Positions 28,963 to 38,799 of a stretch of 56,851 nucleotides of DNA are shown piece after piece. Source of the DNA: an uncultured Chitinophagales bacterium (GTDB lineage Bacteria; Bacteroidota; Rhodothermia; Balneolales; M1805); contig CAZNTR010000004.1 in the NCBI GenBank assembly GCA_964575925.1, positions 1 through 56,851 of the forward strand, in the 5' to 3' direction. Position 1 is the first letter of the stretch; every line of letters starts with the position of its first letter. The notes under the pieces were generated by a model. That model worked only from the letters and a program-made list of their open reading frames with translations. It searched no databases and was not told where the DNA came from. Both the position numbers and the translations under genes were made by a program.

Positions 28963-30630
28963 ATGAGTCCTCTTTTTTATCCGAAATTTTACTCCTTAAT
29001 TAAAGAAGGAATAGAAAAAAAACAATTGATTAAAGATATTTTTTCTGGATTAGTTGTTGGAATTATTTCCATTCCGTTAGCCATAGCTTTTGCAGTTGCT
29101 TCAGGCGTTTCCCCTGAAAAAGGTTTGATTACAGCTGTTGTTGGTGGTTTTCTTATTTCTCTTCTTGGTGGTAGTAGAATTCAAATTGGTGGACCAACAG
29201 GTGCATTTATAGTAATCGTTTTCGGAATTGTCAATCAATTTGGAATAAATGGATTAATAATTTCAACTATTCTTGCGGGTTTTTTGCTTATAGGCTTTGG
29301 GTTTCTTCGATTAGGAGCATTACTCAAGTATTTTCCTCACCCTTTAGTTGTTGGTTTTACTAGTGGAATTGCTCTGATCATTTTTTCTACTCAAATTAAA
29401 GATGCACTAGGCTTAGAATTAGAGTCGGTTCCTAGTGAATTTATTTATAAGTGGATTGCTTATTTCGAACATCTGAATTCGATTAATTTTACTGCTTTAG
29501 GTATAACTCTAGCGACTATGCTCATTGCAACTCAATTTAAACGAATCAATGATAAAATCCCCGGTTCTTTTGTGGCTATTTTGTTCATTACTTTTTTTAC
29601 TCACTATTTTTCTTTACCTGTTACAACAATTGAAACTTTTTTTGGCGAAATTCCCAATAAATTCAGCTTTGCTTTCCCTGATATTAACCTACGTGAACTT
29701 CCTCAATATTTTGCTCCTGCTTTAACGATCGCCCTGCTTGGTGGTATTGAATCTTTACTTTCTGCTGTTGTTTCTGATGGTATGATTGGTGGGAAGCATC
29801 GTTCGAACACAGAGTTAATAGCTCAAGGTATTGCAAATATAATCACTCCTTTATTTGGTGGAATTCCAGCAACAGGTGCCATTGCTCGAACTGCAACTAA
29901 TGCAAAAAATGGAGGGCGTACTCCCATTTCGGGTATTGTTCATTCTCTAACAATTTTGATGGTCATGTTGTTTTTTGCGTACTGGGCAAAATTAATCCCA
30001 ATGGCTTGTTTAGCCGGAATTCTTATAGTTGTATCATATAATATGAGTGAATGGCGCTCATTTCGATCTATTCTAAAATTAAAGGGATCTATTTATGATA
30101 CTATTATTCTTTTAAATACATTTTTCTTAACTGTTTTTGTCGATCTTTCTGTTGCAATTCAAATTGGAGTTGTTTTATCCGCATTGTTATTCATGAAAAG
30201 AATGTCTGATTTTGGAAATAAAATTCCACCAGAATTAGATGGTGATTTAATTGAGAATTATGAATCAATACCAAAAGAAATTGGTATTTATGAAATTTCA
30301 GGACCTCTCTTCTTTGCTTCTGCTAGGGAATATTCTGAAATTATTAATCAAATTGGTATAAAGAGTTCTATTTTGATTATTAGGTTAAGACATGTTCCTT
30401 TTATGGATATTACAGGTGCTCATAATCTCAAAGAAACCTTGTTTGAACTCAAAAAAAGAGGGGTTGTTGTTATTCTCTCTGGTGTTAAACCAAGACTTTA
30501 TCTCGATTTACGTAAAAATGGAATTTCTCAAATTGTTGGGAAACCCTTTATTTTTGATTTATTTGATAATGCTCTTAAAGCTGCCTTTTCTATACATCAA
30601 CAAATATTCCCACCAAAAAATTTACTATAA
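28963..30630 (+). CDS. SulP family anion transporter with a STAS domain
   Basis: IPLAIAFAVASG, QIGGPTGAF, ESLLSAVV, GAIART and GPLFF...VPFMD. Confidence 0.95.
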   Translation: MSPLFYPKFYSLIKEGIEKKQLIKDIFSGLVVGIISIPLAIAFAVASGVSPEKGLITAVVGGFLISLLGGSRIQIGGPTGAFIVIVFGIVNQFGINGLIISTILAGFLLIGFGFLRLGALLKYFPHPLVVGFTSGIALIIFSTQIKDALGLELESVPSEFIYKWIAYFEHLNSINFTALGITLATMLIATQFKRINDKIPGSFVAILFITFFTHYFSLPVTTIETFFGEIPNKFSFAFPDINLRELPQYFAPALTIALLGGIESLLSAVVSDGMIGGKHRSNTELIAQGIANIITPLFGGIPATGAIARTATNAKNGGRTPISGIVHSLTILMVMLFFAYWAKLIPMACLAGILIVVSYNMSEWRSFRSILKLKGSIYDTIILLNTFFLTVFVDLSVAIQIGVVLSALLFMKRMSDFGNKIPPELDGDLIENYESIPKEIGIYEISGPLFFASAREYSEIINQIGIKSSILIIRLRHVPFMDITGAHNLKETLFELKKRGVVVILSGVKPRLYLDLRKNGISQIVGKPFIFDLFDNALKAAFSIHQQIFPPKNLL

Positions 30631-30816
30631 TTGCTTTCTCCAGTAATCAAACCAAAAACTATGTACCTTTCTCCACTTTGAAATAGCACAATCACAGTTA
30701 AAAGTAGAGCATCAAATCCTTATTATGCTGAAAAAAATAAACCATTAAAAACCTCTTAGAACAGTTAAATGTAATTTAATCCGTTCAAAATTTACTTGCA
30801 CTCCTCTTAAATTTAA

Positions 30817-31126
30817 CTCAAATTCGGTCTTCGTTTCTAAGCAAACTTCACTGGTTTTTGCAAAATAAAGTTCATCCCGTGCCCCAACACGATTCGAAGA
30901 ACCACAAAGTGCTATTTCCGTCCAGAATTTATTTAGACCATAAGCTAATTCTTTTGAATAGGTTAAGTTCTAAGACTGAGTACTGGATCGGGGTTCAGTA
31001 TGACGAAATGACGTATGTGAAATAAGAGCTATATGTTGCGATTATGTTATTGTTTTTATTTTTTTTGCAAAATTTAACCTTTTAAAAATTAATAAACGTT
31101 ACAAAAGATCCAAGTCCGAATTTGAG
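30817..31126 (-). mobile_element. 310-bp element, family B copy 3, with a perfect 11-bp TIR
   Basis: CTCAAATTCGG at 30817-30827 and CCGAATTTGAG at 31116-31126. The reverse complement is colinear with 15498-15804. Confidence 0.78.
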
Positions 31127-31859
31127 AATTTAACTTGAGTACTTTAAATATTACAGAATTTGAAATGATTGCTGTAGTTTGTTGTTCGCAATATGGCTCC
31201 ATAAAAGTACATTACCTTGCATTTTGTAAACCATACACTGCTGATAAATATAAATCAGTCGATTTACTTGAATTTCTTTTGTAGAATAAGCTTCGGCTAA
31301 TAATCAAGCTTTCAACATGATAACAAAACCATAGCGTTTTCCGAAGCTTACTATTTGGTCTCTCTAACAATTAACCTAGAATTTATAGCACCCGATTAGA
31401 AAAAAAACAATTGTTATAAAATGAATTAAATTGTACCACCATAATTAGCTCAATTAGTGACTTGAAATACGTACTGTTTATGTTAAATGTTAAACCGTCT
31501 AATAATGAATACGGACTAAACTTAATACATTTGTAACTCCTAAATAAAACTTAACGTGATTTCCCAACATGTTAGCTAGCGAGGAATTTACGATTCCATT
31601 AGTTTACTCTTATTTTTGAATACTAAATGTTATGTTTGTTTCTACCACTTTTTCAGTTAGCTGGGTTATAATGCAACAAAAAATGCTCAAATAGTTCATT
31701 TAAGAATGATTTTTATTTTTTTATTACTTTTTTTGTAAATAATCTTCTATCTCAATTTTCCATTAATTCATAAAATACTAGACTTACCATAAACTTTTTC
31801 ATTCTATCTGTTAAATCCTTAAATTTGTCTTCACTCAACACAAACTAGTTTATATCAGT

Positions 31860-32699
31860 ATGAATCAAACTACCGGATTTGGCCTTTTGAAGGGAAAAAA
31901 AGGTATTATCTTCGGCGCATTAGACGAAAGAAGTATTGCATGGCGCACTGCCTTAGCATGTCATAGAGAAGGAGCAGCATTTATTTTAACCAATGCACCT
32001 GTGGCTTTAAGATTGGGACAACTTAATGCACTTGCTGAACAAACAGGTGCCGATGTAGTTTCCTGTGATGTTACATCAGATGAAGATGTAATTAAACTAA
32101 TGGAAACAGTAAAAGAAAAATTCGGAAAAGTTGATTTTATTCTACACTCTGTTGGAATGTCACCAAATGTTCGTAAAGGTAAAGATTACAAAAGCTTAAA
32201 CTACGATTGGTATTTTCAAACTTTAAATATTTCAGCTATTTCTTTGCATCGAGTTTTACATCATGCAACCGAAACCAGTAATGTTTTGAACGATGGAGGA
32301 AGTGTTGTTGCTTTAACTTTTATTGCAGCTCAACGTATTTTTAGTAAATATTCAGATATGAACGACGCCAAAGCTCTACTCGAAAGTATTGCCCGTAACT
32401 GGGGAATGAGAATTGGCGCTCGTGGTATTCGTGTAAATACCGTTTCTCAAGCTCCTACTGCTACTTCAGCTGGTACTGGAATAAAAGGCTTCGATGCTAT
32501 GTTTACTTATGCACAAGCCGTTGCCCCTATGGGCAATCCTACAGCAGATGATTGTGCTGATTATTGTGTTAGCCTTTTTTCAGATTTAACTAAAGGGGTT
32601 ACTATGCAGAATCTTTTCCATGATGGTGGTTTCTCAACCACAGGAATTTCAGAACGATTTGTGTCTGAAATGAAGGAACTCTTCGGCGATATCGTTTAA
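31860..32699 (+). CDS. fabI: Enoyl-ACP reductase
   Basis: GKKGIIFGALDERSIAW, LHSVGM, YSDMNDAKALLES and QNLFHDGG (Bacteroidota-type FabI). Confidence 0.93.
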   Translation: MNQTTGFGLLKGKKGIIFGALDERSIAWRTALACHREGAAFILTNAPVALRLGQLNALAEQTGADVVSCDVTSDEDVIKLMETVKEKFGKVDFILHSVGMSPNVRKGKDYKSLNYDWYFQTLNISAISLHRVLHHATETSNVLNDGGSVVALTFIAAQRIFSKYSDMNDAKALLESIARNWGMRIGARGIRVNTVSQAPTATSAGTGIKGFDAMFTYAQAVAPMGNPTADDCADYCVSLFSDLTKGVTMQNLFHDGGFSTTGISERFVSEMKELFGDIV

Positions 32700-32721
32700 G
32701 AATACATTTTTAACTTTTTCT

Positions 32722-32757
32722 AAAGGACTGATTTCATTTGAATTCAGTCCTTTTTTT
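32722..32757 (+). terminator. Rho-independent terminator after fabI
   Basis: AAAGGACTGA...TCAGTCCTTTTTTT. Confidence 0.85.
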
Positions 32758-32783
32758 ATGAGTCTAAAAAAATGAATCTACTA

Positions 32784-32983
32784 GACTAAGTTATGGATAT
32801 GAAATTAAAACAAAACAAAACAAAACAGGTAAATTTTAGATTCGCCATACAGGGCTTTAACTCAGCATCTCTGCCTAGTTTGGTTTAAATTATAGGTGGA
32901 ACAAAAAGTAAATGTAGGTTCTCCAATGCTTATTCAAATTTTTGATTACAATCATTAAACTAATCATAAACCCTAACACAGGT
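32784..32983 (+). mobile_element. Family A element (degenerate) with an AAAAC microsatellite expansion
   Basis: CAGCATCTCTGCCTAGTTT...AAATGTAGGTTCTCCAATG...AATCATAAACCCTAACACAGGT is colinear with 18290-18412. Confidence 0.68.
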
Positions 32984-33216
32984 TAAGATGTAAAATTTGA
33001 GTTAATATTAATACGATACAGTCTCAATTTTTATGTATAACACTCTTTTTGGCCTTTAAATCACCTAATACTTCTAATTTTCATCTATATGTGGTAAAAA
33101 AGTATTCTTATCAAGTATGTATTTTTCAAGCTATCTTATCTTAGATTTAACTAAATTAAACTCAATATCTTTTAATTTAAATTGGAAATTGGTCTGAGCA
33201 ATTCTACCTTTATTCA

Positions 33217-33795
33217 ATGAAAAATCAAATAGTTTTAGGTCTTGATCCTGGTTCGCGGACTACCGGTTTTGCCCTAGTCGAATTCACCGCAACAACTCGG
33301 AACGTTCTTATTTGTGATGTAATAAAACTCGATAAGATTCCGGAACATCAAGATAGACTCAAAGAATTATTTGAACATATTCAACAACTTATTGAAGTCT
33401 ATAAACCTACAACTGCAGCTGTTGAAACTCCCGTTTATGGTAAAGATCCTTTAGCTATGTTAAAATTAGGAAGGGCACAAGCAGCTTGTATCTTAGCACC
33501 AAAATTAGCTGGTTTAACCATTACTGAATACTATCCTAAATCAGTAAAAAAGGCGATTACGGGTAATGGTAATGCTACAAAAGAACAAGTTGCACGCATG
33601 CTTGAACACATGACTAATTTAGATTTTACAAAAATTAAATTAGACGCAACCGATGCATTATCCGTTGCTATTGCTCATTATCTTTCTTTAAACCACCCTC
33701 TAAACGCTCAATTTCCAAAAAAGAAATCGCATCAAAACCGATCTGTTTCTTCTTGGGAAGATTTCGTTAAACAAAACCCAAGCCGTATTAAATAA
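33217..33795 (+). CDS. ruvC: Holliday junction resolvase RuvC
   Basis: LGLDPG, AVE, KKAITGNGNATKEQV and DATDALSVA motifs. Confidence 0.96.
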   Translation: MKNQIVLGLDPGSRTTGFALVEFTATTRNVLICDVIKLDKIPEHQDRLKELFEHIQQLIEVYKPTTAAVETPVYGKDPLAMLKLGRAQAACILAPKLAGLTITEYYPKSVKKAITGNGNATKEQVARMLEHMTNLDFTKIKLDATDALSVAIAHYLSLNHPLNAQFPKKKSHQNRSVSSWEDFVKQNPSRIK

Positions 33796-33799
33796 TAAA

Positions 33800-34396
33800 A
33801 TGATTTATTTTCTTCAAGGAATTTTACACTCAAAACTCCCAACTTTTGTAGTTCTAAATGTGAACGGTGTTGGTTATGGAATCCATGTTTCTGCTAACAC
33901 AACGGCTACTTTACCAGCAATTGGTGAAAAAACAGAACTCATTATTCATCATCATATTACAGAAATGAGCCAAACTCTTTTTGGTTTTGCTGATGAACAA
34001 GAAAAATCTTTATTCGAATTGTTGATAACTGTAAAAGGCATCGGTCCTAAAATGGGAATTTCAATTTTATCGGGAATGTCAGGTTCACAAATTCAAGAAT
34101 CTATTGCAAAAGCCGATTTGGTTATGTTATCTCGAATTCCAGGAATTGGAAAAAAAACAGCTGAACGAATAGTTCTTGAACTCAAAGATAAAATGGGATT
34201 CCAATCATCGAGTAATTCTTCAAGTTTAGGTGAAGCTTCATCTAATTTAGCTCAAGATGCCGTTTCTGGACTTTTATCATTAGGATATAAACAGCTCGAT
34301 GCCGTAAAACAAGTTTCTGATTGTGTTAAATCTGGTGTTGTTTATAAAAATGCCTCAGAACTTTTACGTGATGCGCTAAAAAGACTAAATTCATAA
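33800..34396 (+). CDS. ruvA: Holliday junction branch migration protein RuvA
   Basis: NGVGY, LFGF, VKGIGPK, PGIGKKTAERIVLELKDK and LLSLGY motifs. Confidence 0.96.
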   Translation: MIYFLQGILHSKLPTFVVLNVNGVGYGIHVSANTTATLPAIGEKTELIIHHHITEMSQTLFGFADEQEKSLFELLITVKGIGPKMGISILSGMSGSQIQESIAKADLVMLSRIPGIGKKTAERIVLELKDKMGFQSSSNSSSLGEASSNLAQDAVSGLLSLGYKQLDAVKQVSDCVKSGVVYKNASELLRDALKRLNS

Positions 34397-34474
34397 GTAA
34401 TTTGTTCTGATCTATAATTTTAATTTTTTTTAAACTTGTAAGCTTACCATATTTAAAACGTTATCTTCATTTTG

Positions 34475-34501
34475 GTAACAATTTCTTAATTAGATATTAA
34501 C
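34475..34501 (+). promoter_or_regulatory. Candidate OmpR/PhoB-type direct-repeat box upstream of the two-component operon
   Basis: GTAAC (34475), TTAAT (34486) and TTAAC (34497) at an exact 11-bp period. Confidence 0.35.
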
Positions 34502-34552
34502 CTATTAAAATGCTTAGTTTTAAGAACTTTAAATTCTTAGCCTAAATACAAC

Positions 34553-35257
34553 GTGCAACAGAAAAAAACCATTCTTGTAGTTGACGATGAGAGAGATTTA
34601 TTAGACCTCATCGAATATAATTTGAAAAAAGAAGGATATGATGTTCTTAAAGCCGAAGATGGACTTGAGGGCATCAGAATGGCAAAAAAATATAAGCCTG
34701 ATTTAGTTTTGCTCGATATCATGATGCCAAAAATGAATGGGCTTGAAGCTTGTGAGCAAATTCGCGAAGACGATGAAATTAAGCATACTCCAATTATTTT
34801 TTTAACCGCTAAAAATGATGAAAAAACTGAAGTTAGAGGTTTAAATCTTGGCGCTGATGATTTTCTGACTAAGCCTATCTCAACAGCTAAACTGGTTTCT
34901 AGAATAACCGCTGTTTTACGCAGACTCGATAGCTTGAATGTGGATAACTCAGATCAACTCAGTGCAAATGAGAATTTATTAAAAGTACATGACCTTGTTA
35001 TTGACCGTGAACGATTTATTGTTTTAAAAGAAGAAACTGAACTACAACTTCCTAAAAAAGAATTTGAATTATTATTTTATTTAGCCAACAGAAAAGGTAA
35101 AGTTCTTGATCGACAAACCTTATTAAATGAAGTTTGGGGAAGTAATATCTATGTAATTGATCGAACTATAGATGTTCATATAAGAAAAATTCGTGAAAAG
35201 CTTGGAGATGATTATATTGAGACCGTAAAAGGTGTCGGATATCGTTTCAAAGAATAA
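34553..35257 (+). CDS. OmpR/PhoB family response regulator (PhoB/PhoP-like)
   Basis: VVDDE, LDIMMP, GADDFLTKP and RTIDVHIRKIREKLG...TVKGVGY. Confidence 0.93.
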   Translation: MQQKKTILVVDDERDLLDLIEYNLKKEGYDVLKAEDGLEGIRMAKKYKPDLVLLDIMMPKMNGLEACEQIREDDEIKHTPIIFLTAKNDEKTEVRGLNLGADDFLTKPISTAKLVSRITAVLRRLDSLNVDNSDQLSANENLLKVHDLVIDRERFIVLKEETELQLPKKEFELLFYLANRKGKVLDRQTLLNEVWGSNIYVIDRTIDVHIRKIREKLGDDYIETVKGVGYRFKE

Positions 35258-35259
35258 GC

Positions 35260-36312
35260 GTGAAATCATTTTTTTTTAAAACTTCCCTTAGAATTGCCGG
35301 TTTAACTTCTTTCATAGTTTTCGGGCTTTTATTTTCTTTTTTCAGCTTTCAATTTGGAGCCGAACGAAGTCTATTTCTTTCAGGAATTTTTACTCTATTA
35401 AATGCTCTTTTAATTTATGGAATTTCAAATTTTATTTTAAATGAGCGATTACTGCGAATTAATGATGATATTCAGCGAATACGGCAAAAAAAATTCGATG
35501 AGTTTGATGCGGACTTTAATTTAAATAGAGATGAAATTGATGGAATTATTCACCAAATTACACTTACATCGGAGACCATTGAAAAAGAATTAAAACGCTT
35601 AAAACAAATTGAAAATTATAGAAAAGAATTTATTGGGGACGTATCTCACGAACTAAAAACTCCAATTTTTGCAATTCAAGGTTTTATTGAGACTTTATTA
35701 GATGGGGCAATTGAAGATGAGGCAGTAAATAAACTGTTTCTAAAAAAAGCCTTGAGAAATGTGAATCGACTCATATTTCTTACCAATGATTTAATGGAAA
35801 TTTCTAAACTCGAAACAGGTGAATTAAAAATTCAGTTTGAAGAGTTTAATCTAGCCACAACTATTTACGAAATAATTGAAAGTTTACATTTTAAAGCTGA
35901 AAAAGAAAAGATTGACTTAAATATGGATGAAGTCTCTGATGTACTTCGAGTTCGCGCAGATAAAAATCATTTTAGACAAATAATGATAAATCTTGTTGAG
36001 AATGCCATTAAATACAACCGACCTGATGGCTCCGTACAAATTGGGGCAAAATTGTATCCTCAGCACCCTAAAAAGATTCTTATTTATATTAAAGACAGTG
36101 GTATAGGAATAGAAAAAAAGAATATTAGACGATTAACTGAACGATTTTTTAGAGTAGATAAATCTCGATCAAGGGAAAAAGGTGGAACTGGGTTAGGCTT
36201 ATCTATTGTAAAACACACCATTGAAGCTCACGGTGAACAATTGTTTATTGAAAGTATTCCTAACGTAGGGTCAACGTTTTCTTTCACCGTTCAGAATGCT
36301 CAAATGAGCTAG
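35260..36312 (+). CDS. Sensor histidine kinase (PhoR-like)
   Basis: VSHELKTP, NLVENAIKY and ERFFRVDKSRSREKGGTGLGLSIVKH. Confidence 0.93.
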   Translation: MKSFFFKTSLRIAGLTSFIVFGLLFSFFSFQFGAERSLFLSGIFTLLNALLIYGISNFILNERLLRINDDIQRIRQKKFDEFDADFNLNRDEIDGIIHQITLTSETIEKELKRLKQIENYRKEFIGDVSHELKTPIFAIQGFIETLLDGAIEDEAVNKLFLKKALRNVNRLIFLTNDLMEISKLETGELKIQFEEFNLATTIYEIIESLHFKAEKEKIDLNMDEVSDVLRVRADKNHFRQIMINLVENAIKYNRPDGSVQIGAKLYPQHPKKILIYIKDSGIGIEKKNIRRLTERFFRVDKSRSREKGGTGLGLSIVKHTIEAHGEQLFIESIPNVGSTFSFTVQNAQMS

Positions 36313-36415
36313 AATTATACTTATCAATCGTGTACTAATAAAAATACTATGATTATCAGCAAACTTGAGCATGATAGATTAAACCTAGAACCGTTGCAAA
36401 ATTATGCACAAAGTT

Positions 36416-36489
36416 TCTCCCTCCAGAACAAATTAAATTTAAAAAAAATGAGTCTTTCATTTGGAGGGAGATTAAAAGGGTGGTCAGAT
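36416..36489 (+). repeat. Hairpin repeat, family D
   Basis: Perfect TCTCCCTCCA/TGGAGGGAGA IR plus GGGTGGTCAGAT, as at 26312. Confidence 0.75.
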
Positions 36490-36516
36490 TAAAATTATTT
36501 ATAAATCATTTAAAAT

Positions 36517-37365
36517 TCATTTTTTCACTATCCAATCATCAAAACCAGCCTGTGTTATCAAACCATTCTTAAAATTAAATTTTTCTCTTACATATTTATT
36601 TCTGAGTGCCTGATATTGAAACCAGTTTAAATAAACTCCCAAACTTTCATTCAACACGTTCTCTTCAAATTTTGATTTTATATCTAAGTCATTGAGCCAA
36701 AAGTTAATAGCACACCTATTTCCACTTAAATAATCCTTCAAAAAATCAAATGAATCTTCGTTTGTTTGGTCATCTATTTTCCACTCAATTCTAAAAGGGG
36801 CTTTTTTGGTGAAATATTTTTTATGCATAATTCGCTTTCTAGATTTAAGCGCATGCAAGCGGTAAAGTGACATCAACATACGATTCGTAGATGCAAGACC
36901 TTTAAAAGCCCCAAAGAGTTCGTCAAACGTTGAGCCGTGCTCTGTTAAAGCCCAACCTATTTCAATTGAGTCTTGCTTTTTTTTGAGACCAACAAATACA
37001 TATAATTCGTGCTTTGTGTTTGCTCTATTGAACTGCGGTTTACATTTTCTGAGATATTCATTCTCTTTTAACAACGTTTTTTCTTCATTTTCACATATTT
37101 CCGTTTCTACTCGATCAATTTTACTCACTAACCGAACTAAACGCTTAGAATCTTTATCAGGTTGAATTCTTCCATAAGACAAGATTCGTGTTCTTAGCTG
37201 AATCGATTTACCTACATAGAGCAAGGTATTTGAAGCATCATAAAATCGATAAACACCACATGAATTGCTTATCCCTTCTAATATTCCAGTCTTAATTTTA
37301 CGTTTAAATGGATTAATCCATTTAAATAAATTCAGTTGCCTGTACTTTTCTGTAAATTGCAGCAT
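36517..37365 (-). CDS. GIY-YIG nuclease, UvrC N-terminal/Cho-like
   Basis: GVYRF...LYVGKS..LRTRILSY...ENEYL...PQFN. Likely start is ATG 37365. Confidence 0.82.
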   Translation of the reverse strand: MLQFTEKYRQLNLFKWINPFKRKIKTGILEGISNSCGVYRFYDASNTLLYVGKSIQLRTRILSYGRIQPDKDSKRLVRLVSKIDRVETEICENEEKTLLKENEYLRKCKPQFNRANTKHELYVFVGLKKKQDSIEIGWALTEHGSTFDELFGAFKGLASTNRMLMSLYRLHALKSRKRIMHKKYFTKKAPFRIEWKIDDQTNEDSFDFLKDYLSGNRCAINFWLNDLDIKSKFEENVLNESLGVYLNWFQYQALRNKYVREKFNFKNGLITQAGFDDWIVKK

Positions 37366-37397
37366 AATGTTCTTTTTGATCAATTTAATGTAGTACA

Positions 37398-38408
37398 ATG
37401 TCAGAACCAGACACTCAAAAGAGAAAAGATTTTGCGACTAAACTAATTTTTGGAATTGGGATTATTATCTTAGTTATTAAGTTTTTTGCGTTTTTTGTTA
37501 CAGGTTCATCAGCCATTTATTCAGATGCATTGGAATCTATTGTGAATGTAATTACAGCGGTAACTGCATTTATTGCAATACGAATTTCCTCTCAGCCTGC
37601 CGATAAAGATCATCCCTATGGCCATGGTAAGGTTGAATACTTTTCAGCTGCCTTTGAGGGTATTCTGATTATTCTGGCAGGTTTATTTATAGTTTATGAA
37701 GCCGTATTTGCATTTATTGATGGAATTCAAGTTCAAGAAATATCGAATGGACTAATTTTAATTCTGATAACAGCTTTTATGAATGGGTTATTGGGAATGT
37801 ATCTCATTCGTACAGGTAAGCAAATGCGTTCAGATACCTTAATTGCTTCAGGTTATCATGTTTATTCCGATTCAATTACATCGTTTGGAGTTTTTATTGG
37901 GTTGATTTGTGTTAAGCTTACTGGAATATTATGGATTGATCCTGTAATTGCTCTTTTTGTTGCCGTTCATATCATTTTTCAAGGTTCAAAATTGCTCAGA
38001 AGTTCATTAATGCGTTTAATGGATAGTGCCGATGAGGAAGCACTTTCTCTAATTTCTACCTGTTTAGCAAAGATTAGAAGAGATGAATGGATTGCACCAC
38101 ATAGACTTAGAGCTTGGAGAAGCGGTTCACAATTATTCATAGATTTTCATCTAATAATGCCATGGTATTTTAGTTTAAGGCAGACTCATGATGCTGAACA
38201 CGAAATTAAAAATCGATTTTCTGAAACAATGAATGAAAAGGTAGAATTAATTATTCATACCGAACCTTGTTTCCCTGAAGCTTGTCGTTATTGTAGAATG
38301 AAAAATTGCTTCTATCGTTCTGATGCTCAAGAAGTAAATTCCATTTGGTCTAAAGATATGTTGATGAGCATTCCTGAAATGCCAAAACCAAATAAAGATA
38401 TTCTCTGA
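37398..38408 (+). CDS. Cation diffusion facilitator (CDF) family transporter
   Basis: SDALES, PADKDHPYGHGKVEY, HVYSD, WIDP and IHTEPC with a Cys-rich tail. Confidence 0.94.
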   Translation: MSEPDTQKRKDFATKLIFGIGIIILVIKFFAFFVTGSSAIYSDALESIVNVITAVTAFIAIRISSQPADKDHPYGHGKVEYFSAAFEGILIILAGLFIVYEAVFAFIDGIQVQEISNGLILILITAFMNGLLGMYLIRTGKQMRSDTLIASGYHVYSDSITSFGVFIGLICVKLTGILWIDPVIALFVAVHIIFQGSKLLRSSLMRLMDSADEEALSLISTCLAKIRRDEWIAPHRLRAWRSGSQLFIDFHLIMPWYFSLRQTHDAEHEIKNRFSETMNEKVELIIHTEPCFPEACRYCRMKNCFYRSDAQEVNSIWSKDMLMSIPEMPKPNKDIL

Positions 38409-38420
38409 ATTCACTTCAAG

Positions 38421-38799
38421 TTTTCCACACGTTTTAATATTCTTTATATAATTATATATATATAGTAAGTAAATAATAGAGCGTGTGGATATGTGGATAA
38501 CTTTACTCATCACCAAATACAAAAGTAAATGTTTTTCATTTGTTGATAAGTTTGTTCGTAAACTTTGCAATAATATCAATGAGATAAGAAAGTCTGAGTA
38601 TATTTATCCACATTTGTACATATAAGACATATCTTCATATATATGCTACTTATCCACATACTCTTTTCGAACTCATAGAATGTGAATAAATAATTCGAAA
38701 TGTGAATCAATGTGTATTATTTTTAGAGCTTACAAAAAATTGAACCTAAAAGCATAGTTTTCCACATAGTTATCCACCTTATGAGAGCAGTTATCCAGA
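38421..38799. other. Putative chromosomal replication origin (oriC): DnaA-box cluster plus AT-rich unwinding element
   Basis: Perfect TTATCCACA/TGTGGATAA at 38492, 38604 and 38650. Near-matches at 38421, 38484, 38541, 38681, 38701, 38758, 38770 and 38791. TA-rich tract at ~38432-38478. Confidence 0.82.

Noticed and set aside
31360..31680. Integron attC-like GTTRRRY motifs (also near 9240-9290)
   Set aside because: No paired R/L box structure, no cassette ORFs and no integrase. Such motifs are expected by chance in AT-rich DNA.
36517..37365. GIY-YIG gene as the mobiliser of the REP-like hairpins
   Set aside because: It is UvrC/Cho-like and is not flanked by GTCAT-type hairpins. Only one family D hairpin lies downstream.
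38247..38579. 110-aa minus-strand ORF
   Set aside because: It overlaps the CDF 3' end and the DnaA-box cluster, and is low complexity.
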